A model generated the notes under the pieces. It made no database searches and was not told where the DNA came from. It saw nothing but the letters and a program-made list of their open reading frames with translations. A DNA stretch of 63,374 bases, counting the filler, from Octopus bimaculoides (Eukaryota): NCBI RefSeq assembly GCF_001194135.2. It is 3 parts of 3 records of this genome, joined end to end, with 100 filler letters (N's around TTAATTAATTAA, not from the genome) between each part and the next. Parts side by side here need not be neighbours in the genome. Positions count along the whole stretch, not along the records: positions 1 to 11,184 come from NC_068988.1; positions 11,285 to 38,398 come from NC_068983.1; 1 more part is not named here. One strand, 5' to 3'. How positions within the stretch are numbered: the first letter of the stretch is position 1; each line of letters starts with the position of its first letter. The translations under genes and the position numbers were made by a program. Positions 1 through 11,979 of the stretch are shown in pieces.

Positions 1-47
<47 letters not shown>

Positions 48-328
48 AAGTGAGCATAGAAATTATAGATGTATGTGTGTGTGTACATACATATACAATC
101 TATATTACATACGTAGATAGATACAAACATACATACACACATTCATACAAGGTGATTGCTTCATCTATGCCTACACACACATACATAAACACACACACAT
201 ATACATACATACATACATACATACATACATACATACAGATATACGTAAGGTGAATTCTTCTGGCTGTATTAAATATGTTCGCAGATACTACATACACTCA
301 CGCAAAGGCACACGTACGCACACACTCG

Positions 329-385
<57 letters not shown>

Positions 386-1000
386 CATACACACACACAC
401 ACAAACCCACACACATACACTCGCATGTACACACACACACACACATACGTTCAAACGCACACACCCATACACACTCACACAAACAAACAAAAGATATTAG
501 TCATAAATGTGTGTATGTCGTCGATGAAATAACGCTAAAATGGCAGAAAAAACACGCCTCCATTTTCATTTGTACCACGCCGACAGTATTACAGTTGATT
601 AACCCTGTAGAAAACTTCTTTGATGATATTGCGACATACTTACAGTGACGTATTTACAAATTATATATTCTCATAAATACACATTCTTGTATATTTTATG
701 TATTTGTGTAATGTGTGTATGTATGTATGTATGTATGTATGTATTTGTATAATGTATGTATGTAGGTATGTATGTATGTATGCATGTATGCATTATTCAG
801 TTTTGTTTCAAGATTTCTTGTCAATAGAGAAAGAGCCGGTTTCTAACCATCCAAAGCTCTTCCATTGGAATTTCAACATGAACAACAGAGTATGTATGTA
901 TATATGTATGCATGTATGTATGTATGTATGTATGTATGTATGTATGTATCTATGTATGCATGCATGCATGTATGCATACACGTGTATGTGTGTGTGTGTG
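1..1000. repeat. Microsatellite cluster: (TA)n, (TACA)n, (CA)n, (TATG)n
   Basis: Directly visible: (TA)n 1-44, (TACA)n ~195-240, (CA)n ~320-445, (TATG)n ~715-790 and ~890-950. These explain the HT/CV/YVCM ORFs. Confidence 0.97.
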
Positions 1001-1715
1001 GGTATTACATATATGATATATATATCTATATATGAAGTAAGCAAGTCGTTTGTATGAAAGCTTTACGTATGGATATGTAATACTTTTTATATTACATATA
1101 ACAGACACATATTAACTACAGTTTAAGGTCTAATACGTTGTAAGTAATGGCAATGAATGTGTCGGCGGAAAGGTGGTCCAATGAAGTGCTGCAAATGGAT
1201 CTTGACCTTTAAAAAATAAATTTCGAATTAAATATACACGTGAAGCACTGAAAAGTCGATTGCCACAGACTGTCTTTTGTGTTATAATTTGTTTAACTTG
1301 TGTTTATGTAAGTATTGTCCGTGATTAAAATGGTGGGTTTTCCCGGGGATATTTTTATACATAAGGTCTTATATGATATGCCTTGTCAAATGAAACAAAA
1401 TATATAGATATAGCAGAAAAACTTTTAAAATGTTGATCCCTTTCTACCCTTTCTAACCCAACAATAAATCGGGCAATTTTATATCATAACACAAAATAAT
1501 TTTTAAAATGCATGCATGTAGGTCGGCTTTACGATGGTCTCTTTTTATGGTTTTTCACATTAACTATCTAAAAAATTCACCAAAATCATTGAAACTAAAA
1601 AAACAACTCATAGCACCAAGAGCTGTTGCTCGTTGTGCTCAATGTTTGTTTGTTTCAGTTCCAGTTTTATCTCGAGTGTAAGCGCGTTACATAGTATTAC
1701 ATACAACGTTAGTAC

Positions 1716-1716
1716 T

Positions 1717-1758
<42 letters not shown>

Positions 1759-1914
1759 AACTGCTGCTGCTGCTGATGCTGCTGCTACTACTACTACTAC
1801 TACTACTACTGCTGCTGCTACTATTACTACTACTACTGCTGCTGCTACTACTACTACTACTACTACTACTACTGCTACTGCTGCTGCTACTATTACTACT
1901 ACTACTGCTGTTGT

Positions 1915-1969
<55 letters not shown>

Positions 1970-2010
1970 GCTACTGCTGCTGCTACTATTACTACTACTA
2001 CTGCTGCTGT

Positions 2011-2070
<60 letters not shown>

Positions 2071-2073
2071 CAC
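1716..2073. repeat. Composite (TAC)n/(TGC)n trinucleotide array
   Basis: Continuous TAC repeats interrupted by recurrent GCTGCTGCTACTATTAC blocks; source of the poly-L and poly-V ORFs. Confidence 0.97.
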
Positions 2074-2676
2074 TATTCCATACCTATATCAGAGCTGAAT
2101 TCTTTGACAATATTCAGGAGCTCTCCTAATTCTTCGTCGTTTTTGGCAAACAGTTTTAGATCATCCATATAAAGTAGATGATTAATTTTCTGGTCAAAGA
2201 TCTTATACCTTCTCTTAGAATTATTCAGTTGTGCTGATAATGGGTACAGAGCGAGGCAGAATAGTAATGGTGATAATGAATCACCTTGAAAGATACCACA
2301 AGTGATAGTGATGCCTGGTGAGGTGGTATATCCTTGTGTGTGGTTTAAAATGAGGGTGGTTTTTAAAAACTTCACAATTGTTGGAGCTATCTTTGTAAAT
2401 TTCCAGGGCCTTGATAATCCATGCATGGGGGACACTGTCAAAAGCTTTCTTGTAATCTATTCAAGCGGTGCTAAGGTTTCTGCGTTTTGATTTGCAAATT
2501 TCAATGAACATTTTATCAATCAGTAATAGGTCCTTGCATCCCTTTTGTTCCACTGGGAATAACTTCCTATTGTCCAAGAATTCATATGCTCTGTTCGCTA
2601 TTACAGATGTTAATAGTTTATATATAGTGGTGAGGTACGTTATGGGTCGGTATTTTTCACTAGTATTCAATCTACC
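2073..2676 (-). mobile_element. R4/Dong-clade (R2-group) non-LTR retrotransposon, reverse transcriptase fragment (pseudogenised)
   Basis: Minus-strand translations give YRPITYLTTIYKLLTS..EQKGC..LLIDK, GIFQGDSLSPLLFCLAL and HLLYMDDLKLFAK. YMDD and GIFQGDSLSP are typical of R4/Dong RTs. Frameshifted and truncated. Confidence 0.85.
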
Positions 2677-2797
2677 GACCCCGAAAGGATGAAAGGCAAA
2701 GTCAACCACGGCGGAATTTGAACTCAGAACGTCGCGGCGGACGAAATACTGCTAAGCATTTCGCCCGGCGTGCTAACGATTCTGCCAACTCGCCGCA
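2676..2797 (-). mobile_element. tRNA-derived SINE family B, 5' part, CpGs intact
   Basis: GGATGAAAGGCAAAGTC..GGAATTTGAACTCAGAACG..CTAAGCATTTCGCCCGGCGTGCTAACGATTCTGCC; the same motif recurs more than 10 times in the window. Confidence 0.85.
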
Positions 2798-2804
2798 TTA
2801 ATAA

Positions 2805-2884
2805 TAGCAACAACAACAACAACAACAACAACAGCAACAACAACAACAACAACAATAATAATTATAATAATAATAATAATAATG
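2805..2884. repeat. (AAC)n/(AAT)n microsatellite
   Basis: Directly visible. Confidence 0.95.
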
Positions 2885-3189
2885 ATTCATTATGAGCTGA
2901 AATGTTAGGACAATGTCCATAAAAAGTAAAAAGGAGCCTAAATGACCAGCAAATTAAAATAAATGTTTGTAATTTGTTCCGTGTATAAGGCGTTGAGTTT
3001 AGCTCCCTGTATCAAATAATATGAACAGTACAGATAATATATAGTCTGTTATCACCCTGAAAAATTAGTCACGAAAGAAGATAATGCAAAAAAATAATAA
3101 TAAAACAACAAAAAACGAGTTCTCCGTGTCACTGGGGTGAAGATACGAACTAAAATTAAATATAATTCTGAACAAAGCGAAATCATTAT

Positions 3190-3640
3190 TTGCTGAGATA
3201 TGTAAAATATTTACGATCAGCTAATGTTGCAGTAATTCGCACCAAACACCGAGGTCTATTTTCAAAGGAAGTGTTATTAGCGCATGACAATGCACGCCAA
3301 CGTACGGCTGCCTACATTGCTGAAACCATTAGAAAATTAGGTTTTGAGTTGCTGAAATACTCTTCGTATTGCAGATCTCGCCTTTTCCAACTATCATCAT
3401 TTTGGACCACTCAGACATCTTTTGCGAGATCGTTGATTTCCTACAGACGAAGAGCCGCAGGAAGCGGTGCATAAAAGCTGCGTTAACAGCCAAAATCTTC
3501 TCCGATAGCATAAGCAAGCTTACGGACTGTTGGAAGAGGTGCATTGAGAACCAAGGAGACTATGTCGAAAAATGATATAACTGTACAACCCCTATATTTG
3601 TTTTAATGAATAACAGGAGCAAGTGAGCGTATAATTATTG
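3190..3640 (+). mobile_element. Mariner (Tc1/mariner, D,D34D-type) transposase C-terminal remnant
   Basis: LLAHDNARQRTAA..ETIRKLGFELL, a frameshifted YSPDL/SDYHLF-like block, then FSDSISKLTDCWKRCIENQGDYVEK*, the classic mariner C-terminus. Confidence 0.88.
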
Positions 3641-3649
3641 GCTTAACTT

Positions 3650-3684
<35 letters not shown>

Positions 3685-5283
3685 CTAATGCTAGCGTTGT
3701 CGCTAGTATTTAACCCGAGTCACCCCAAACCGAGTAACCCTATGGCCGAAAACATTCTAATCGTGGACATCTTCATGTTTCTTAATCAATGTCTAGGAAT
3801 TTACTATCAAGTGTGTTCCTATTTTCTAAAACATTATGCTATAATTTTTAGTGAAATTTGGCTGCTAATTCCAGCTGATCTATCTATCTATCTCGTAGAG
3901 CATTTTTCGTCGGATCACCGATGCGATAGTTGGCTTCCTTTTAGAAGGGCAAAATATATGCAAGTTCATCTGCTGATTAGATATGTGATTCAATTTTATG
4001 CTTAGTGATAAGCCGGCTGCCACAAGAAATCGAAATCGGTTGGGATCGACTTCTCTAGATGTCTACAATAGTTATTCTGCATAGTTTACTCTTTAATTGA
4101 TAAACAGACTCTTCTTTGAAGCAAACAAGAAAGTTAGTGATAGGGTCCTCTTAAAGAGATTTGAAAGGCGTTTCGAGAGAAACAAATTCGATGAAAGAAT
4201 ATTAAATTAAACACTGAGCATTACTTCTTTCTACATCACTAATGAAATATGTTTCTTTTCTTTATACTTGCGTTTTCTTTTTATCGTCTGCAACTAGTTT
4301 CAAGAAAATAATAGCGTTTGTGAAGTTCAGTCAACACTGACAAGATGGCGTCAGTCTATTTTATCAAATATGATACTGGAGACTAAGAAGATAATTTAGC
4401 ATTTTTAAGCTTGAAATTTAATTTTCTTAAATAGAATGCTATTGAAAATGATTACTTCGTTAAACGTTTGTGTTAACGACAAGGATAATGTACCACACAG
4501 TCAAGCATTCACGCTTAATGCGCGCGTGCGTATAAGTGCGTGTGTGTGTGCGCGCGTGTGTGTGTGCGTGTGTGTGTGTGTGTTTGGGAAAGAGAGAGAG
4601 AGAGAGATTCTCTGTGTGCGTGCGCGCCCATATCTGTGAGTGTACGTGCATATGTACATACATGTACACACACATGCATATACATACATACATACACGCC
4701 CACACACATCTATGAGTGTATGAGTGAGTTATACATAGATAAACAAACAAACAAGCATAAACAATACGCAAGATGCTTAGTATTTTTTATACTATATCTT
4801 CTATATCGCTATATATATATATAAGTCAGTATATATATATACATACATATATGTATATATACATATATAAACGCGATATACATAATATATACATTCATTC
4901 TTATTATTACTTCATACACTAACATCAAATAACAATAACTCAATTAAAAGAGGCAGACACCCAGTGTAAAACAGACGCACAATTTCACTCTGCAATGACA
5001 CTTAACAGTGACAGTATAATTTCTATATCAACACTTTTTTATGCATTATATGGTAAGACTCATTGCACGTGTTTAATAGCGTTATACTTATTGAAATCAC
5101 AGTCAATTGTATCTGTTTAACATAAAAATATTAGCTATTTATTAGATTATACGCCCAATTCCATGCATTAAATTAGCCTTGTTGTAATGAATTGGAAATC
5201 ATTTGTGTTTTATATCGAATAGTTAATCATTAATACTTATAATTCTAATCCGTATTGGCACTGCCTATGTCGCCTACTGTGAA

Positions 5284-5598
5284 GGCGCGTGGCTTAGTGG
5301 TTAGGGTGCTCGGTTTAATATCGTAAGGTCCTGAGTTCGATTGCTCGCGGAGCTTTGCCCTGGAGAAAGACCCTTTATATCACGTTGCTCCAGTCCACTC
5401 AGCTGGCAAAAATGAGCAGTACTTATAATTCCAATGACCAGCCTTTTCACATTCTGTGTTACGCTGAATCTCCTTGAGAAAAATATGTTAAGGGTACGCG
5501 TGTCGGCGGAATGCTCAGCCATTTATACGTTAATTTCACGAGCAGGGTCTTCTGTTAATCGGATCAATAGGAACATCGCCTACTCAGACGGTCCCAGT
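5284..5598 (+). mobile_element. tRNA-derived SINE family C, near full length
   Basis: A-box TGGCTTAGTGG, B-box GAGTTCGAT, body GCTCCAGTCCACTCAGCTGGCAAAAATGAG and ACGTTAATTTCACGAGCAGG shared with other copies in the window (21950, 38598, 53555). Confidence 0.85.
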
Positions 5599-5819
5599 GA
5601 TATATCTGTATAAGTATAAATTCTGTTAGAGAGGGAGAGAGTGAGATATGTTGGTTTATATACATAACCCAAAACCATATAATTGGGAAGTTTGCTTCCC
5701 GCCCATATAATTTTGGTTCAATCCCAATGTGCGGCACCTTGGCGAAGTGTCTTCTACAGGCCTGGGCTGACAAGGCCATGTGAGCGAATTTGGTAAACAA
5801 AAACTGAGAAGTATTGTCG

Positions 5820-5856
<37 letters not shown>

Positions 5857-6029
5857 TCCCTCCCTCTCTCTCTCTCTCTCACACACACACACTCATACAC
5901 ACACACACATACACACACATGCACATTATTTTATCGGTTTCGGCTCAAAGCTGCAGCCATGCTGGAGCACCGCCGTTTTGGTACACTTTTATAATTGAGT
6001 GCCTGCTCTGGTATGTGGCATTTGGAAAA

Positions 6030-7900
6030 TATTTGATGTCACCGCCCTCATTTGCGGCTCTTGCTGCGAGGNNNNNNNNNNTACGTTGTCTGGGACACTC
6101 GACAGGAAGAGATGCAGTTTGTTTTTTGTTTTTTTAAGCACCTACATTCACTTTGTGTACGTCCCTCAGGCTCTTTGGGTGAATATTAAAAAGCTGTGGG
6201 CCCTTGTAACTCAGGCTGTTGCAGTAACTGGTCTCGAAACGCGACAGCAGTGTTGGGATATTTGGCACTATGCAGTGGCGACCCGTTCTGGCATTTGTGT
6301 AGCTTTCAATCCCAAAATTTGATACAATCCCTTCAAGGATCTTCTAGATATATATTACTGTATATCTCTCCCACCTTTGCTCCAGAGAGTAGAGTCTTAG
6401 CTGTTTCAGCCTTTCCCAGTAGCTGAGATGTTGCAGTGAGACGATCTTCTTTGTGAGGCTTCGCTGGATTGCTTCAAGATCCAAAATACATTGTAGGGTG
6501 ACCATAATTGGGATCAGTAGTCCAGGCGGCTGAGCACGAATGTCCTCCAGAGGACCATCATGGTTTCCTTCTCTCTGGTTCTGAAGGTTCTTATCATCCA
6601 GCCAGCCAGCCATCTGCACTTTGTCACCATCTTGGTAAATTGCATTTGGTAATGTGCACTTGGAAAGAGGTATCATCACTCATGTTGATACATAGGTCAC
6701 ACACCGATTTAGTTCTGGGATTGTAATCGCCACTGGGACAGTGTATGTTTCTCGTTCAGTTTTGGGTGCTGGCAGCGCAGCACTTGGAATTTTCCATAAT
6801 TAAGTTGCATATTGTTGTTTTCTGCCCATCTGTAGATTGCATCCGACTTCTGCTGCAGGCGTTCAACATCGCTAGGATTTTGTATTTTCTGCGAAACTTT
6901 CGTATTTTCGCAGAAAATACAAAATATAGCAAGAGTGGCTAACTGAGCAGCTGAGGGCATATCAGAGAGGGCCTCTATGAAAAGCAGTGGTCCCAAGACA
7001 GTGCCTTTTGGAAAACCGCTCACTATTTGTGTTTCCTTTGAGGTTTACCAGCTATGCCAAGATCGCGCAGTTTGTGGCATATCATACCATCGTCAGCTTT
7101 ATCAAAAGCTTTTGCAAAGTCAAGATATATTACATCCACATTTGAATTGACGAGTAACTACTTCAACACCCAATCATAGTCTTGTGGGAGTTGTATCAGG
7201 CAGCTCCTGCCTGGTCGAAAACCATGCTGGGTATCACTCAGCCAGTCGTTTACTTCAAGGAATGCCATTACTTTCCTTTTGACTATATGTTCCATGACTT
7301 TGCTGATGTGTGAAGTGAGAGAGATAGGCCTATAAGTTTTGGCATATGCTCTGCTTCCTCCTTTATGGATTGGGCATATTGTTCATTCCTCCAGTTTGCT
7401 TGGCAGAAAACTCGCAAGAAAACTCTGGAAGAGAATCTGTAGTGGTTTTGCCAGAGCACGTTTGCAAGATTTGAGGAGGATTGCTGCGAAACCATCAGGG
7501 CCAGCAACTGAGTTAGCGTCCACCTCATTTATGGCTAGTATTACATCTTCTTCCCCAATATCGATGTAATCTATCGTAACTACCTCCCTGGTTATAGGTG
7601 AGGCGGCAAAGCAATCCACTGGTTCGTTCACCTGACTGTGTTCCAACGGGGTAGTAAAGACTGAACTGGTCGTTCAGTACTTCACTGATCCTGGTTGGGT
7701 TAGCCGTGAGGGAGTTGTCCTTTTGGAAGAGGGGTACTATTCTGCAGCATACTTTGACATAACGAAAGAAAGCCTTTGGGTTTGACTTGACGTTTTTTTA
7801 TAACCCAAACTTCTTTGTCTGCTCTCTCTTTCACATAGGATTGTTGCAGGCTTTTTTCAATCTCCATCAGTGTCGTTTTTAGGCGGGATATTTCACTACT
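6030..7900 (-). mobile_element. CR1-clade LINE, 5'-truncated, RT domain plus C-terminus (pseudogenised)
   Basis: Minus-strand frames: VKSNPKAFFRY, GPDGFAAILLK, YRPISLTSHISKVMEHIV, QHGFRPGRSC, DVIYLDFAKAFD, SGFPKGTVLGPLLF, LEAIQRSLTKKI..SYWERLKQLRLYSLE. Many stops and frameshifts. Confidence 0.88.
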
Positions 7901-7997
7901 TTTGGGATGTTGGTTAAAGCGATTTGTGATATGTATTGCATATGACTATATTGTGTCGTTTTATATATATATATATATATTATTTTCTTTCTCTTTA

Positions 7998-8034
<37 letters not shown>

Positions 8035-8036
<2 letters not shown>

Positions 8037-8185
8037 GACGGGCTTCTCTCAGTTTTCGTCTACGAACTCCACTCACAAGATTTTGGTCGGCCCGAGGCTA
8101 TAGTAGAAGACACTTACCTTAGGTGTCACGCAGTAAAGCAGAACCAGGAATCATGTGGTTGGGAAACAAGCTTTTTACTGCACAG
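8035..8185 (-). mobile_element. SINE family A, tRNA-head half
   Basis: TACGACGGGCTTCTCTCAGTTTTCGTCTAC..CCACTCACAAG..GGTCGGCCCGAGGCTATAGTAGAAGACAC..CCATGTGG matches the 57180-57340 copy. Confidence 0.85.
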
Positions 8186-8195
8186 CCACATCTGC

Positions 8196-8232
<37 letters not shown>

Positions 8233-9147
8233 AACTGAAAAAAAAAGAGAGATTTTCTGTCCCACTGGGCCTCGTATTTTTTCATGTGTCGCTGTATTAC
8301 ACTTGTTTTAACCACTTAAAATAAACAATAGCCTCGTTTGATATACTTCCATCTTTGGTGTATACCTCGAGTTTTCCTGTTAGTCTCTCTTCCTCTACCA
8401 ATGTTTTTGTTACTCTCTCTGTCTGACAGCCCACCTCTCTCTCTCTCACTCATACACAGGTGCGCGCACCCACGAACTATTTTACTGTCCAACTGTTATC
8501 TTTTTTTTCTGCACCAATCTTCTCTGTCTTTTTGTCTGTCTATCGGTCTGTCTATCTGTCTGTCTGTCTCTCCCTCTCTCTCACACACATACACACGCAC
8601 ACACGCACACACATGCGCGCGCATACAGATACACACCCTCACGCATGGAGAAACACTGTCATATTAAGATACACATAGTCGCATACGTATACACACAAAC
8701 ACACACACATTTATATACAGATGTACTCATATATATGTCTGTGTGTGCGTCTATACATGTGTGTGTGCACTTGCGTATACATTTGTGTGTGTCTGTGTAT
8801 GCGTATGTGTGCCTACATCTGCCTATATGTAATTTATTTATTTATTTATTTATGTGTTTCAGCCAAGTGGCTGCGGTCATGCTGGTGCATCATATTTCAA
8901 ATCTATCTTTTTGTACATCTATACGCAAGTGTGCTTGTATGCGTTTATGTGTACGAATATACGTTTATGGTTGCATGTATGTGTATGTGTGTATTATGTG
9001 TGTATACATGTGTATGTATGCGCGTGGGTTCGTGTGTTTGTAGACCTGTAAAGTGACTGCAGGTGTCTCGTTTCTCATCATTGATGTCCATGATCCGACG
9101 AAGTTTATAATCACTGAAATCACTAATGTCTTTTTGTTTGCCCTACA

Positions 9148-9154
9148 CTCTTTC

Positions 9155-9209
<55 letters not shown>

Positions 9210-9343
9210 NNNNNNNNNNNNNNNNNNNNNNNNNNNNNNNNNNNNNNNNNNNNNNNNNNNNNNNNNNNNNNNNNNNNNNNNNNNNNNNNNNNNNNNNNNN
9301 NNNNNNNNNNNNNNNNNNNNNNNNNNNNNNNNNCACATACATA

Positions 9344-9382
<39 letters not shown>

Positions 9383-9507
9383 ATCACACACACACGCACA
9401 TGTATGTATATATGTATATATGTATGCATGTATATATAAATATCTGTCTGCCTGTCTATATATAAATGTGTGTGTGTGCATGCCTATATACACATATGCA
9501 CACATAT

Positions 9508-9547
<40 letters not shown>

Positions 9548-9692
9548 GCACACATATACACAGCGAGGAGAGAGAGAGACATATTACTCATTTCCAATTT
9601 TCCTCTCTTTTTCTCTTAATCGTTTCTTCATTGTATTCTACCTCTCACTCATCCATTTATGTACTCTTGTTTCTTCCTTTCTTCCTTTCTTT

Positions 9693-9746
<54 letters not shown>
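9148..9746. repeat. (CT)n, (TA)n and (CA)n microsatellites around an assembly gap
   Basis: Directly visible; gap at 9210-9333. Confidence 0.95.
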
Positions 9747-9748
<2 letters not shown>

Positions 9749-10373
9749 TTCTCCCCTTTTCTTCCTCTTACTGCTCTATTCTCGTTTTCCATCCCCTCCA
9801 TTTTTCTCTACTTCACCTTCTTCACCATCAATGTCTCTTTTCATACCTTTGTGTTTCTATTACCATAACCTTCCCCTTCGGCTCCCATATTTCATTTTTG
9901 TTCTTCCTCTCTAATCGTACCTTCGCGCTCGTCGTTTCCATATTTTCTTCTCCACTTCAACATTATCTTCTGTTTTGTTAGCGTTTATTCTTCACCATCC
10001 ACCTTCTATTATTTTCTTTCAGTACTTCTAACAAGCTTTGTGTGTGCTTAACATATATGACTTGTTGCTTGTGTTAGGTTTCCAAAAGTATAGCCAACTT
10101 TAACCCAACTAGATTTCTTTCTCAGTTACATCCACAAAAGAAAGAACCACTTAGCAGTTATAGAGTACAATAGATTCGACTGGAATATTCGCCAGATTCA
10201 TCAGTGTTTATTGCGGTTGTCTGGTAAATGGAAGCCATTGAATTATAGTGTAAACTAAGTATCCAAACGGAGACACTTATAACTTTAACGTAATCCACGG
10301 TCAGGGCCAGCAAAATACGCGCATGACAAGCTTGATCATTGAATTACAGTCTCTCTTTACACAGAGAAGTGTA

Positions 10374-10433
<60 letters not shown>

Positions 10434-10439
10434 TATATA

Positions 10440-10862
10440 TCTTTTACTTGTTTCAGTCATTAAACTGCGACCATGCTGAGGTACTACCTTAAGGAATGTT
10501 ATTGCAAAGAATAGACCCCATTACTTTTTTAGACCTGGTACCTATCCTATCGGTCTTTTTTGCTGAACCGCTAATGTTACGGGGATGTAAATACCGACAT
10601 CAGATGTTAAGTGGTTATAAAGGACAAGCACATATACAGAGGCACACACACACACACACACACACATGTGTGTGTATGTGTGTGTAGATAGATAGATAGA
10701 TAGATAGATAGATACGACCGGCTTCTTTCAGTTTTGGTCTACCAAATCCGCGCATGAGGGTTTGGTAGGGCCGATGGCCGAATAGAAGACTCTTGTGAAA
10801 TGTGGCACGCAGTTGGAATGAACATGGAACCATGTGGTTGGGAAGCAAACTTCTTACTACAA
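10440..10862 (-). mobile_element. SINE family A, diverged full-length copy with internal (CA)/(AGAT) microsatellite
   Basis: 3' end TTTTACTTGTTTCAGTCATT..GCGACCATGCTG, then microsatellite, then head GGCTTCTTTCAG..CCATGTGGTTGGGAAGCAAAC. Confidence 0.8.
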
Positions 10863-11012
10863 CAGACGAATGTGTTTTCAGTGTTGCTACAGCTGTTTCA
10901 TTAGGAGTTTGCATTTTGGCATAAGCATAATGCAAGTAATTGTATTACACTTATGTCAAAATATATAAACCAAAAAGAACCTAATGAAACAATTGTAACC
11001 ACACAGAAAACC

Positions 11013-11014
<2 letters not shown>

Positions 11015-11100
<86 letters not shown>
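11015..11100. repeat. (ATT)n microsatellite
   Basis: Directly visible. Confidence 0.97.
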
Positions 11101-11101
<1 letters not shown>

Positions 11102-11828
11102 TTTTACGCCGCACTGACAGTTCCACTCATCGTCGATGGTTTGGAATACCATTAGAATTGCGGATTATCTAATAAGAGGGAATGNNNNNNNNNNNNNNNN
11201 NNNNNNNNNNNNNNNNNNNNNNNNNNNNTTAATTAATTAANNNNNNNNNNNNNNNNNNNNNNNNNNNNNNNNNNNNNNNNNNNNATATATATACATATAT
11301 GTATATATACTTATATGCACATATTTGTGTGTTTTTAGGAGTAATTGTGTCTGTCTATTTCTATGTAGACTGTTGGTGAGTATCATATATGGATGGAAAT
11401 ATTTAATGCGAATATGATTGCGATTGTGATATTTATGTATTAATAAATAATATACTCAGATCTATAGCTTTACTGACAGAATATATCTATAGATCGGAAG
11501 TAAAGGTCAATTCACATAGATGCTTCATGGCAGCCATCTTAACTGAATGTGAATAAAACAGATTGAATAGGTTTTGTAAACGAGAAAGAATGGAAAGAAA
11601 AAAATGTATATGTATAATCGGAAAGAAATGAATACACTTAATAATAAATCACATAGAAATACACAAGAATACACATTCACACTTATACACCCACCCACAC
11701 ACTCACAAACATGCTGACACTAACACATAATTACACACACATATATGTGTGTAAGTATATATGTACACATATGCATATTCAAATGTGTGTATATATATGT
11801 ATATATATATATATATATACATGTATAA

Positions 11829-11918
<90 letters not shown>

Positions 11919-11920
11919 AA

Positions 11921-11979
<59 letters not shown>

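Noticed and set aside
50-1057. ORFs rich in HT, CV, YI, YVCM, SL and ER dipeptides here and throughout the track
   Set aside because: Translations of di- and tetranucleotide microsatellites.
1687-2129. Poly-Val and poly-Leu ORFs
   Set aside because: Translations of the (TAC)n array.
4341-4351. YY1-like CAAGATGGCG motif
   Set aside because: A single short motif with no other promoter evidence; expected by chance.
5284-5350. tRNA gene candidates at SINE heads (also 21950, 27420-27490, 57270-57340)
   Set aside because: A/B boxes are present but run into repeated SINE bodies, and I cannot form a complete cloverleaf.
11229-11240. TTAATTAATTAA island between N-runs (also at 38443-38454)
   Set aside because: A palindromic six-frame-stop spacer of the kind inserted by assembly pipelines; not biological. 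It also means adjacency across these gaps is uncertain.
11795-11975. ~90-bp tandem duplication of a TA/CA block
   Set aside because: Entirely simple-sequence; slippage or an assembly artefact cannot be excluded.
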